From a bacterium (GTDB lineage: Bacteria > Electryoneota > Electryoneia > Electryoneales > Electryoneaceae): DNA of 64,000 nucleotides. The translations under genes and the position numbers were made by a program. Under the pieces are notes generated by a model, which was not told the origin of the DNA, made no database searches, and saw only the letters and a list, made by a program, of their open reading frames with translations. The DNA lies in assembly GCA_963669175.1 (NCBI GenBank), contig OY769902.1, positions 2,784,001-2,848,000 of the forward strand, in the 5' to 3' direction. Below are positions 8,183-17,026 of the stretch, one piece after another (the stretch's first letter is position 1; every line of letters starts with the position of its first letter).

Positions 8183-11094
8183 GCGCGGCGGCTAACATAT
8201 CACGATTCCTGCAATTGTTGAAAGGACAGCAGGATTCAACGCCGCAACGTAGAGCGGGCCGGCGTGGGTTCCGCCAGACACTTGAAACTGTGCAGGGACA
8301 ACGTACACAGCGTCCTTTAGCCCTGGTGGTAAAGGGAAGGGAAGTATCGTTCAAGAATGTGCCCTTCTTCGATACAGATGGTAACAAACTGCAAATTCAG
8401 TCCTATTCCGATGGCGGCAAAACAGTAGTTGACGTAAAAAAGTCCGGGAAGAATGCCAAGCGCAGCTTGTCCAAACCAACTACTCCCGGCATGAAGCTCG
8501 AAGCCAAACTCAGCGGTAACAGCCAGGTTGATCAGGCAATTCCGAATCTGCGGGATCATGTGCGTGAACACCTGAAGCAGACTCGCGAACTCAGGCATGG
8601 TATCCTGTCCGGAGAGTTGGAAACCCCCGGCACAAAAGGTACACGTCTGAAGAAAAAACTGGTCGAAGAAAACGGTTCCGAGTTGGATAAGCTTGTCGCC
8701 AAGTTGGAAAATGTACGCGGTGATAACCAGAACACTGCGGTTTCACTTGCGGCCCTGGGAATGCGGATATCACGCAACTCGGCTGCCGGAGATGATGGAA
8801 AGCTGGTCATGTCAGATAGTGTGAAGTCAGCATCAGGCAACGGGAAGGACGATGCCTGGGTGGGTAAAGTTATCGATGCTAATGATATTGATGCGATCAA
8901 GCAGCTCAAGAAAGAGCTTCCCAACCCGTTGGAAAGGCGAGTTTCTGCCTTTACGCCACGGCGAGTGGATAAGAACGGCAATGCTTTAAGCGATTCCAGA
9001 ACATCAGCAAAGAATGAAAACGGTACGGGTGAAAAGCAGGTCGCAAGCGTTTCGAAGCAGAGCAATGGCAAGGCAGAAAACATTGTTCCCTTGAAAGAAA
9101 CGGTTTCGAATAAAGCGGAAAGCGGAACAGCACAAGTTGAGCAGAAAAGCAGTGAAAAAAGCACCATAGCCGTTTCACTTCGCCAATCGCAGGGGAAGGT
9201 CAGCGCACAGACCGGAGACGATTCGCGCATTGTCAGCAAGATACAGGTGAAACAATCATTCCCTGAAGTCCCAGGTGATGATATTATCCGTCAGCGTGAA
9301 CAGCTCAAAGCCTTTACCCGTCATCTTACCCAGGGAAAGGCCAATGCCGCAAATGGGACTTCCGCTGGCGAAGGCACGACAAAAACGGCATCGCAACCAC
9401 GCAACGACATTGATGATTCTCAGATCAAACGCTTGGTAAAGGATGCGGTCAAGCAGGCCGATCGTGGAGCCGGGCAGGAAACGAAACAATCGCTCGAAGC
9501 GGAAGCCTACCTGAAGAAGCGTAATGGTCGTCCCAACCGGATAACCAGTGAACTGTCAACACAGCGAAACGCAGCTCCATCAAAAACAGCGCTTTCAGAT
9601 TCAGAATCCAGCAAGACCCAATCCACGCTGAGTGAGCTTGCCGATACAACTCAACGCAGGCCGTCACGATTGACACGCCAGGCTGTACAGCGTGCATTCC
9701 CGAGAAACGGTAACGGTAGCAACGACACTACAGCGAAAGCGGAAGCGAAGCAGGATACCGAAACTGTAAAATCGACAGTTAAAAATCAGGACAACACACA
9801 GGCAACAACGCCCGTGGTTTCGAAGCAGGCAAAACAGGGAAAAACCGTTGCCGAGAAGCCGGTACAGGGAAAATCGGAACATAATCCTGTCAGCCAGCAG
9901 GCGAAAAATGATGGCGCTTCGAAGTCCGATTTCATCACACCGGTAGAAGTGAATACCAAACCTGCATCCTCGAACGGGAATACTCCTATCCAGTCGAAGC
10001 CACAAGTGGCGCCACAACCGCAATCTCAGCCACAGGCTCAAGCACAGGTTGAACAGTCCAGGGCAGCTAAACCACAACCCCAGGCTGCACAACAACCGCA
10101 ATCTCAGCCTCAGAAAGTTCAGTCACAGGCTCAAGCACAGACTGAACAGTCCAATATGGCCAAATCGCAGCCACAAGTGCAGCAAGTCCAGCAGAATCAA
10201 ACCCAAGCCCAACAGACGGCTTCACCTACTTCACAGACTGCACCAGATAATGCGAAACCGGGGGAGCTTCTGTCGGACGCGTGGCGCGTGGGCAATTTGA
10301 AGGCAGATGACGCCAACTTGAAGACCGATAGTCGCCGTGGGTTGCGTGAAGTGATTACTGATACCTGGCAGAACGTCCGTGGACGCCTTTCGCGGAAATC
10401 CAATGGCAAAGAATCGCAGCAGGGGGAGAGCAACCGTGACAATTCCGGTCAGTCCTCAGATAATGCCAATGCGATGAAAACAGCACAGGCGGCGAAGAAT
10501 GAACAGGTGAATCAGGCTGCCTTCAAGGAAGCTGTCCAGGCGCAACAACAGCATTCAACCACGCAGACCACGACTGCTGCCACAACGGCAAAAACAGCAG
10601 AAGGCTGGCAGTCATCACTTTTGAACAACAATGCGGAATCCAATGCTGAAAGCGTCAAGAATCTGAATGATGTTTTGCAGAAGATTCAGGGACGCGCCGA
10701 GTTGTTGAAAGCCGGAGAATCGGCCAGTATTCGTATCCTGCTGAAACCGAATGACTTGGGAGCAGCGTCAGTCCTGATCAAGCGTAGCGACAAGAAGTAT
10801 GATATCGTTGTTACTACGGATAGCAAGGAAGCTGCGAAGCATATCGAAGCGCAGACTGCACAGTTCAAGGAACAGCTTTCCCAGTCCGGCATACAGCTTA
10901 ACAAGTTTGATGTGGATACCGGTGAACATCGTCAGCAGACTCGTGGTGAAGCTGCCGGCGATCAGGAAGGCCGGAATCGTGGCAACCGTGACCAGGGACA
11001 GAATGCACGTGCCGAAGAACAGCAGCAGGAAGTAGAACAGTATCATGCGCGTAGCCGTACCTTGGGCACCAATACGGTTGAGTACGTTGGATAA
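8179..11094 (+). CDS. fliK: Flagellar hook-length control protein FliK (971 aa)
   Basis: Long disordered Q/S/T/K-rich body, C-terminal T3S4 domain IRILLKPNDLGAASVLI...FKEQLSQSGIQLNKFDV; immediately before flgD. Confidence 0.88.
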   Translation: MSAAANISRFLQLLKGQQDSTPQRRAGRRGFRQTLETVQGQRTQRPLALVVKGREVSFKNVPFFDTDGNKLQIQSYSDGGKTVVDVKKSGKNAKRSLSKPTTPGMKLEAKLSGNSQVDQAIPNLRDHVREHLKQTRELRHGILSGELETPGTKGTRLKKKLVEENGSELDKLVAKLENVRGDNQNTAVSLAALGMRISRNSAAGDDGKLVMSDSVKSASGNGKDDAWVGKVIDANDIDAIKQLKKELPNPLERRVSAFTPRRVDKNGNALSDSRTSAKNENGTGEKQVASVSKQSNGKAENIVPLKETVSNKAESGTAQVEQKSSEKSTIAVSLRQSQGKVSAQTGDDSRIVSKIQVKQSFPEVPGDDIIRQREQLKAFTRHLTQGKANAANGTSAGEGTTKTASQPRNDIDDSQIKRLVKDAVKQADRGAGQETKQSLEAEAYLKKRNGRPNRITSELSTQRNAAPSKTALSDSESSKTQSTLSELADTTQRRPSRLTRQAVQRAFPRNGNGSNDTTAKAEAKQDTETVKSTVKNQDNTQATTPVVSKQAKQGKTVAEKPVQGKSEHNPVSQQAKNDGASKSDFITPVEVNTKPASSNGNTPIQSKPQVAPQPQSQPQAQAQVEQSRAAKPQPQAAQQPQSQPQKVQSQAQAQTEQSNMAKSQPQVQQVQQNQTQAQQTASPTSQTAPDNAKPGELLSDAWRVGNLKADDANLKTDSRRGLREVITDTWQNVRGRLSRKSNGKESQQGESNRDNSGQSSDNANAMKTAQAAKNEQVNQAAFKEAVQAQQQHSTTQTTTAATTAKTAEGWQSSLLNNNAESNAESVKNLNDVLQKIQGRAELLKAGESASIRILLKPNDLGAASVLIKRSDKKYDIVVTTDSKEAAKHIEAQTAQFKEQLSQSGIQLNKFDVDTGEHRQQTRGEAAGDQEGRNRGNRDQGQNARAEEQQQEVEQYHARSRTLGTNTVEYVG
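10014..10153 (+). repeat. Imperfect tandem duplication within the fliK Q/P-rich region
   Basis: ACAACCGCAATCTCAGCC at 10014 and 10092; CACAGGCTCAAGCACAG at 10031 and 10124; TGAACAGTCCA at 10050 and 10143. Confidence 0.85.
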
Positions 11095-11267
11095 TATTGA
11101 CCATGTTTGAATAACATCAGCTAGGCAATTACAGACAGGATGAATCGAATAAAGGCAAGCTTTGCCCAAAACGAGATGGGTGAAGACCGTATGGATTGAC
11201 GAAAAGGATTTTCTAAATCCAGTATAATCAATATGTACAAAGACGATTCGTTTTGTTTTTATACAAG

Positions 11268-11283
11268 AGGCATATGCTTTGCC
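11268..11283 (+). promoter_or_regulatory. sigma54 promoter of the flgD operon
   Basis: AGGCAT-ATGCT-TTGCC (GG-N10-GC) in the 350-bp fliK-flgD gap. Confidence 0.7.
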
Positions 11284-11299
11284 TTAAAGCTAAAGTGGA

Positions 11300-11409
11300 G
11301 GCTGAAGAATTGCTGGAGCTATTCTCGATACACTAGCAGGGGCATGCTGAACAATTCAGCAAAAAACAGGTTCCCCTCGAACGTCGGAGATAGTAAAGCA
11401 CATTCAGCC
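11300..11409 (+). promoter_or_regulatory. Candidate structured 5' leader of flgD
   Basis: Nested pairings GGCTGAA/TTCAGCC, TGCT/AGCA, GCTATTCTCGA/TCGGAGATAGT, AGGGG/CCCCT and TGCTGAA-CAA-TTCAGCA. Confidence 0.5.
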
Positions 11410-11445
11410 GTGTAACAGCATACCTCAGGAAAGGAGGTGATTTGG

Positions 11446-12177
11446 ATGACTGATTTTCAGTCTATCAATGGACTGATCAGCGATGTGTCATCGCTTACCA
11501 CCGAGACAGTCGGGAACAGTACGCTCGATAAGGATGCGTTTCTGCAACTCCTGGTTGCCCAGTTGAAAGTTCAGGATCCAACCAACCCGCAGGATGCGAC
11601 AGAGTTTACCTCGCAGATTGCCCAGTTCACAGAGCTGGAACAGTTGACGAACCTGAACGAAACGATGGTAACAGCGGCTCAGACGGATGCGATCCTTGCT
11701 CAATCCATCAACAACACTCTGGCTTCGACCATTATCGGGAAGGATGCCAAGGTTGAGGGTGGTGAAATCCAGCTCACGGATGGTGAGGCGAGCAAGGTTG
11801 GCTACGATCTGACGAATGCTGCCCAGACCCTGACACTCGAGATCACGGATTCGAGTGGGAATGTTGTCCGAACCATTACCGAAACCGACGTCAATGCCGG
11901 TGAAGGAACCATCGAGTGGGATGGCAAGGATGAAAAGGGCAACGATCTGGCAGACGGCAGCTATTCGGTTTCTGTGACCGCGACCAGCTATGATGGCACG
12001 GAGAGCGAAGTTTCGCCATTGTTGATCGGTACAATCGAAGCGGTCCGGTACACATCGGACGGCGCAGTGTTGATCGTTGATGGTGTTGAAGTAGCGTTTG
12101 GCGATGTCCTGGAGATTCGCGACCCTGATGATCCAACCAATGTTCTCTCCGATGCATTGACTTGGTTGGGAGGGTGA
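11446..12177 (+). CDS. flgD: Flagellar hook capping protein FlgD
   Basis: LDKDAFLQLLVAQLKVQDPTNP, FlgD Ig domain WDGKDEKG; SD AAGGAGGTG before ATG 11446. Confidence 0.96.
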   Translation: MTDFQSINGLISDVSSLTTETVGNSTLDKDAFLQLLVAQLKVQDPTNPQDATEFTSQIAQFTELEQLTNLNETMVTAAQTDAILAQSINNTLASTIIGKDAKVEGGEIQLTDGEASKVGYDLTNAAQTLTLEITDSSGNVVRTITETDVNAGEGTIEWDGKDEKGNDLADGSYSVSVTATSYDGTESEVSPLLIGTIEAVRYTSDGAVLIVDGVEVAFGDVLEIRDPDDPTNVLSDALTWLGG

Positions 12178-12178
12178 G

Positions 12179-12580
12179 ATGAACTGGGATATCGACCGGA
12201 TTCAAGGCAGCCAGGGACCGCTTCCGGTTCAACCGGTAAAAAGTCCATCGGTCGATTCACGTAAAACCGGTACGAAAGAGTCGTTTCAGGATGTATTGAG
12301 CCGAACCGGGCAAAAAGTTTCACAACCGGATGTAACCATCTCTTCGCATGCTTCGCAGCGTCTGATGCAACGAGGGATTTCGCTTGACGCCAGCGATATG
12401 CAGAAGATTGATGAAGGGCTGAACCGAGCTGCTGAGAAAGGCGCAAAAGAATCGCTGTTCATGCTTCGGGACCTTGCCCTGGTAGTAAGTGTGGAAAACC
12501 GCACTGTAATTACCGCGTTGCAGGGTGACAGCGCAAAGAACAACGTGTTTACCAACATTGACAGTGCAGTAGTTTTGTAG
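12179..12580 (+). CDS. TIGR02530-family flagellar operon protein
   Basis: ISSHASQRLMQRGI...KGAKESL...VVSVENRTVITA...NVFTNIDSAV; canonical position between flgD and flgE. Confidence 0.9.
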   Translation: MNWDIDRIQGSQGPLPVQPVKSPSVDSRKTGTKESFQDVLSRTGQKVSQPDVTISSHASQRLMQRGISLDASDMQKIDEGLNRAAEKGAKESLFMLRDLALVVSVENRTVITALQGDSAKNNVFTNIDSAVVL

Positions 12581-12590
12581 AGTATCAGGA

Positions 12591-12716
12591 AGGGCTGGAC
12601 CTCATCGAGGAAGCCCTCGGCTTCGCCGACCGATCGACGCGAAGCCACCGTAAACCGGGTGAGGAGGAAAACTCCCACCGGAACGGTCCGTAACACGGAA
12701 TCGCGTTGAATACGCG
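12591..12716 (+). ncRNA. Candidate cis-regulatory structured RNA upstream of flgE (five consecutive hairpins)
   Basis: AGGGCT/AGCCCT with inner CCTC/GAGG; GGCTTCGC/GCGAAGCC; ACCGT..GGAG/CTCC..ACGGT; TCCGT/ACGGA; CGCGT/ACGCG; then SD AGGAGG at 12724. Confidence 0.6.
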
Positions 12717-12738
12717 TTTCATCAGGAGGAAAACGATT

Positions 12739-14661
12739 ATGATGCGGTCATTGATGTCCGGCGTATCCGGAATGGTTAACCATCAGCTCAAGATTGATGT
12801 CGTCGGGAATAACCTGGCAAACATCAACACAGTGGGATTTAAGAGCGACCGGATTAGTTTCGCCGATCAGATTTCACAACTTTTGAGCCCGGGAAGCGGC
12901 ACACGTAACAATTATGGTGGTGTCAATCCCGTACAGGTAGGTCTTGGCATGAAAGTTCAATCCATTGACACGAACTTTGCCCAGGGGTCACTCGAATCGA
13001 CGGGTTACGCCAACGACCTCGCTCTGCAAGGCAACGGGTTCTTCATCGTGCGCAATGGTGAGGATACCTACTTCACTCGTGCAGGCAACTTCAATATCGA
13101 CGCAGATGGGAACCTGACAGCCAATGACGGCTTGTCGATTATCCAGGGGTGGCTGGCGGATGAAACCGGTGAGTTGTCCCCCTCGAACAGTGTGACTGAT
13201 CTTGTTCTGCCGATTGATATGAAGATGTCGCCGAGGGCTACTGATAATGTGGTTCTGTACAGTAACCTCGATTCGACAGCCACTAATGCCGATGCAACGA
13301 TGACGGCTGTCGGTTCTTCCGGCGCAACATCCGTTTCCGGCACTGCCACCGATGGTATTGGTGGCACACACAGCATTGCTATCACGGGCGCTCAGGCAAC
13401 CCAGTCCACCGGCACCTCCGCTACCGGCGGTATGACGGTAAGCGATTCCCTGGCGGCGCTTGGTGTAACAGATGTATCCGATTTCACTGTCACCGTTGAC
13501 AATGGAACCTCGGACGCAGCTTCTTACACGATCACCGGGCTTTCAACCACCAGCACCGTTGGTGACCTGGTGAATGCGTTGAATGACCAGGTTCATGGCG
13601 CCACCTTTGAGCTTTCCGGCGGCAATATCGTCGTCACGCGTGACTATGCCGGTGATGGCGCTTCCTACAACGTACACATGGAAGATGCCGGTACTGGTGA
13701 TATCACAGCTTCCATCTTTGGCGCTGCGACATTTGACGCCAACAGCGGTACGGCTTCAACCTTGTCTGCTGTCGATACCTTTACTGATAACGCCACAGGC
13801 ACTGTTCGTACGGAACAGTTGTCCTTTGCAGCGGATGACCGTACCGGTCTGATGACTGAATTGAGCGGTCTGGGCGGCGGCGGTGTTACCATCCTTTCCG
13901 GGAATGGCTTCACCGCGACTGCAGGCGATCCGTTGCTCGTCACAACAGAAGATACCAGTCACACAACGTCCATTTCTGTCTACGATTCCATGGGCAAAAC
14001 CCATAACCTGTCCATGACGTTCACCAAGACAGGAACCGAGAACCAGTGGGCCTGGGAAGCGGAAGTTGGTGAACCGGCTGTCGCTATCAGCGGCAATACC
14101 GGCCTGGTCAGCTTCAACGAAGATGGCTCGCTTTCAACATTCTCATACGACAACAGCGCAACCGAGTTTTCATTCAATCCCGGCAACAATGCCGCTGATG
14201 TAAATATCGCTTTCAGCCCGGGGTCAACCGGCATGTTCGATGGTATTACCCAGACAGATTCCGCTTTCTCAACTCACGCAGTTGATCAGAATGGCTATGG
14301 AATGGGTGAGCTTGAAGACATCATGATTGACGAGAACGGTGTTATAGTGGGCAGCTTCACCAATGGTCAGAATCAGGATCTGGCTCAGATCGCAGTGGCT
14401 GATTTTGCCAATGAACAAGGGCTGAAGCGTGTGGGTGGCAACCTGTACGAACAGTCTGTATCATCCGGCGATCCCACCATCGGACAAGCGCAGACGAACT
14501 TCAATTCGTCGATTCAATCGGGTTATCTCGAGATGTCCAATGTGGATATCGTCGAGGAGTTTACCGAACTGATTACCGCCCAGCGTGGTTTCCAGGCGAA
14601 TGCTCGTATCGTCACAGTTTCTGACCAGGTACTTGCTGAAGCCACAGCATTGAAGCGGTAA
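12739..14661 (+). CDS. flgE: Flagellar hook protein FlgE (640 aa, large central insertion)
   Basis: MMRSLMSGVSG..GNNLANINTVGFK, DLALQGNGFF, YFTRAGNF, LEMSNVD..LITAQRGFQAN; SD supports ATG 12739. Confidence 0.97.
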   Translation: MMRSLMSGVSGMVNHQLKIDVVGNNLANINTVGFKSDRISFADQISQLLSPGSGTRNNYGGVNPVQVGLGMKVQSIDTNFAQGSLESTGYANDLALQGNGFFIVRNGEDTYFTRAGNFNIDADGNLTANDGLSIIQGWLADETGELSPSNSVTDLVLPIDMKMSPRATDNVVLYSNLDSTATNADATMTAVGSSGATSVSGTATDGIGGTHSIAITGAQATQSTGTSATGGMTVSDSLAALGVTDVSDFTVTVDNGTSDAASYTITGLSTTSTVGDLVNALNDQVHGATFELSGGNIVVTRDYAGDGASYNVHMEDAGTGDITASIFGAATFDANSGTASTLSAVDTFTDNATGTVRTEQLSFAADDRTGLMTELSGLGGGGVTILSGNGFTATAGDPLLVTTEDTSHTTSISVYDSMGKTHNLSMTFTKTGTENQWAWEAEVGEPAVAISGNTGLVSFNEDGSLSTFSYDNSATEFSFNPGNNAADVNIAFSPGSTGMFDGITQTDSAFSTHAVDQNGYGMGELEDIMIDENGVIVGSFTNGQNQDLAQIAVADFANEQGLKRVGGNLYEQSVSSGDPTIGQAQTNFNSSIQSGYLEMSNVDIVEEFTELITAQRGFQANARIVTVSDQVLAEATALKR

Positions 14662-14706
14662 ATTGATAGTCTAGCCAGAGCAGCGTAGGCCTGCCTGGTC
14701 AGTTGT

Positions 14707-14732
14707 CCCCGGGCCACAATTGTGGCCCGGGG
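14707..14732. repeat. Perfect 26-bp palindrome downstream of flgE
   Basis: CCCCGGGCCACAATTGTGGCCCGGGG is its own reverse complement; no U-tract follows. Confidence 0.9.
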
Positions 14733-14749
14733 GATGATTGGAGAAGAGC

Positions 14750-14974
14750 ATGATATACGTTACTCGGCTTGATGGGTCAGAACTGGTTGTGAACAGCGAC
14801 ATGATTGAGTTCGTGGAAGCGACACCGGATACAATTCTGACGCTGACAGACGGCAAAAAAGTTCTGGTGCAGGAAAGTACAGATGAGATCCTGGAGCGAA
14901 TTATCCAGTTTCGCAACCGTGTACTGGCGCCGATGAACGGATCAGCCACTAATGCGGAGCACGAGGAGCGGTAA
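14750..14974 (+). CDS. flbD: Flagellar protein FlbD/SwrD
   Basis: MIYVTRLDGSELVVNSDMIEFVEATPDTILTLTDGKK. Confidence 0.93.
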   Translation: MIYVTRLDGSELVVNSDMIEFVEATPDTILTLTDGKKVLVQESTDEILERIIQFRNRVLAPMNGSATNAEHEER

Positions 14975-14975
14975 C

Positions 14976-15749
14976 ATGGATATCGCGACTATCATAGGTC
15001 TCGTTGCAGCCGGAGCACTGATTTTCGTCCCGATCTTTACCGGGCCGGGTGTCGGATTCTTCTTCAGTTTTTCATCGTTTTTGATCGTTGTAGGTGGTAC
15101 GTTTGGTGCGACCCTGGTTGCATTTCCGCTGAATGAAGTGTTGGGAATAGTCGGGGTTATCAAGAAAGCTTTTACATTCCAGGCGATACCCTACTCGAAT
15201 ACGATTGACATGATTGTCAACATCGCTGAGAAAGCCCGCCGGGAAGGAATCCTGGCAATCGAGCGTGAAATTGACGGGCTCGATGATCAGTTTATGAAAT
15301 CTGGCGTACAATATGCTGTAGATGGCACAGAACCGGAGACGATCCGTTCTATCCTTGAATCGGAGATTGCCAGCATGGAGGATCGTCATAAAGCTGGTCA
15401 GGCACTCTTTGAAACGATGGGCACGTACGGACCTGCTTTCGGTATGATCGGTACGTTGATCGGATTGATCCAGATGCTTTCGGCGCTTTCAGATCCATCG
15501 CAGATCGGTGCAGGTATGGCAGTCGCGCTGGTGACCACGTTGTACGGGTCCATGCTGGCAAACGTCATCTTCCTGCCGATGAAGGATAAATTGGGCTTCA
15601 GGTCCAAAGAAGAAGTGAAGCGGAAAGAATTGATTGTTGAAGGTATTCTTGCGATTCAGTCGGGTGACAACCCGCGTATCGTACGTGAAAAACTGCTGAC
15701 CTTCCTGCCGCCGAAGGAACGGAGCCAGGAAGAAAGAATGCAGGCATAG
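14976..15749 (+). CDS. motA: Flagellar stator A subunit (MotA/PomA type)
   Basis: MDIATIIG, ARREGIL, GPAFGMIGTLIGLIQML, AVALVTTLYG. Confidence 0.96.
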   Translation: MDIATIIGLVAAGALIFVPIFTGPGVGFFFSFSSFLIVVGGTFGATLVAFPLNEVLGIVGVIKKAFTFQAIPYSNTIDMIVNIAEKARREGILAIEREIDGLDDQFMKSGVQYAVDGTEPETIRSILESEIASMEDRHKAGQALFETMGTYGPAFGMIGTLIGLIQMLSALSDPSQIGAGMAVALVTTLYGSMLANVIFLPMKDKLGFRSKEEVKRKELIVEGILAIQSGDNPRIVREKLLTFLPPKERSQEERMQA

Positions 15750-15768
15750 AAAAGACTGACAGGTAGAC

Positions 15769-16476
15769 ATGGCACGAAAGGCAAAACAGGAAGAATGTCC
15801 GGCCGGCGCTCCGGCATGGATGGTGACTTACGGGGATATGATGACCCTGTTGCTCACGTTCTTCGTGCTGATTGTGTCCATGTCGTCTATTGAACAGGTA
15901 AAATTTAAAGCGGCTATCAGCAGTATCCAGGATGGTATGGGAATGTGGCCCAACAGCCAGGGGATGATGCAAAAACTGCAGCTTGATGAGCAAATCAAAC
16001 AGGCGACTGAGACCCAGGAGATGATCGAAGACCTGGTAGAAACGCTTGAACAGTTGGGAATGGAACAGGCAGTTGAGATCTATAACACACCCAATGGGGT
16101 TCGGATGATTATTGCTGACCCCATGTTATTTGAAAGCGGAAGTGCAATCCTGCAGGATCGATTCAAAATTCTTTTAGGTAAAATCGCGGAAATCATTAAT
16201 CGGTTGAAATATGATGAAATTCGAGTCGAAGGGCATACGGACAATGTCCCGATTAATACACCGAAATATCCGAGTAACTGGGAATTAAGCGCTGGAAGAG
16301 CGTTGACTGTAACGCGGTACATGGCGTTTCAAGGTCATGTAAAGCCGGAGAACCTGAGTGCTGTAGGGTACGGTGAATTCCGACCACGAGAATCAAACGA
16401 CACTCCGGCAGGTCGAGCGAAAAACAGGCGCGTTGAGATTTTCCTTGAACGGAAACCCAAGACGGCCGAATTCTGA
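15769..16476 (+). CDS. motB: Flagellar stator B subunit (MotB/PomB type)
   Basis: WMVTYGDMMTLLLTFFVL TM with essential Asp; OmpA-like domain EGHTD, SNWELSAGRA, NRRVEI. Confidence 0.96.
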   Translation: MARKAKQEECPAGAPAWMVTYGDMMTLLLTFFVLIVSMSSIEQVKFKAAISSIQDGMGMWPNSQGMMQKLQLDEQIKQATETQEMIEDLVETLEQLGMEQAVEIYNTPNGVRMIIADPMLFESGSAILQDRFKILLGKIAEIINRLKYDEIRVEGHTDNVPINTPKYPSNWELSAGRALTVTRYMAFQGHVKPENLSAVGYGEFRPRESNDTPAGRAKNRRVEIFLERKPKTAEF

Positions 16477-16486
16477 GAGTACGACC

Positions 16487-17014
16487 ATGAACGAGTTTGA
16501 CGATTCTGTAGGTGCAGAGGGGGTGGAGATCCCCGAAGGTGAATCCGGGGAAAGCACCGGGAAAAAGAAAAGTGCCATGCCACCGGCCATGATGGCGATC
16601 ATCGGTGTGATTGTCATTGTTATGGCGGTTGGCTCACATTTCCTGGTCAAGATGCTGTTCTTCTCCAAACCGCCTGCACCAAAAGTCGAGAAGACGACAG
16701 AAGGCCCGGCAGTTGGTGATGTTTACAAGCTGGAAAGCCTGATTGTTAATCCTCGCGATACAGGTGGAAGAAGGCATCTGCTGATTGAGATTGGGTTCGA
16801 AGTCAGTGATCCGGTTGCTATTACTGAACTTGAGACGATTGATCCATTATTGCGAGACAATTTGTTGACATTCTTTTCAGCGCAAAAAACTGAGACTTTA
16901 ACTGATATTCATTTGCGGGATAAAATAAAAGAAAAGGTAAAAGAAATTGCCAATTTCAACCTGACCACTGGTGAAGTAACCAAGGTCTATTTTATCAGGT
17001 ACGTATTCCAGTAA
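16487..17014 (+). CDS. fliL: Flagellar basal body-associated protein FliL
   Basis: Single TM, LIVNP..GRRHL, LRDNL, VTKVYFIRYVFQ; between motB and fliM. Confidence 0.92.
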   Translation: MNEFDDSVGAEGVEIPEGESGESTGKKKSAMPPAMMAIIGVIVIVMAVGSHFLVKMLFFSKPPAPKVEKTTEGPAVGDVYKLESLIVNPRDTGGRRHLLIEIGFEVSDPVAITELETIDPLLRDNLLTFFSAQKTETLTDIHLRDKIKEKVKEIANFNLTTGEVTKVYFIRYVFQ

Positions 17015-17026
17015 ACCGGAGAGAGC

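Noticed and set aside
11196-11228. TTGACG...TATAAT sigma70-like promoter upstream of flgD
   Set aside because: Spacer is 21 nt, too long for sigma70; the -10 might still act alone but is unsupported
11233-11415. 60-aa ORF upstream of flgD
   Set aside because: Overlaps the predicted promoter and structured leader; no homology cues
12706-12738. Longer ORF-track starts for flgE (and for motA, fliL, fliQ, flgI, fliD, flgM-like)
   Set aside because: Downstream starts have better SD sites and match the family N-termini
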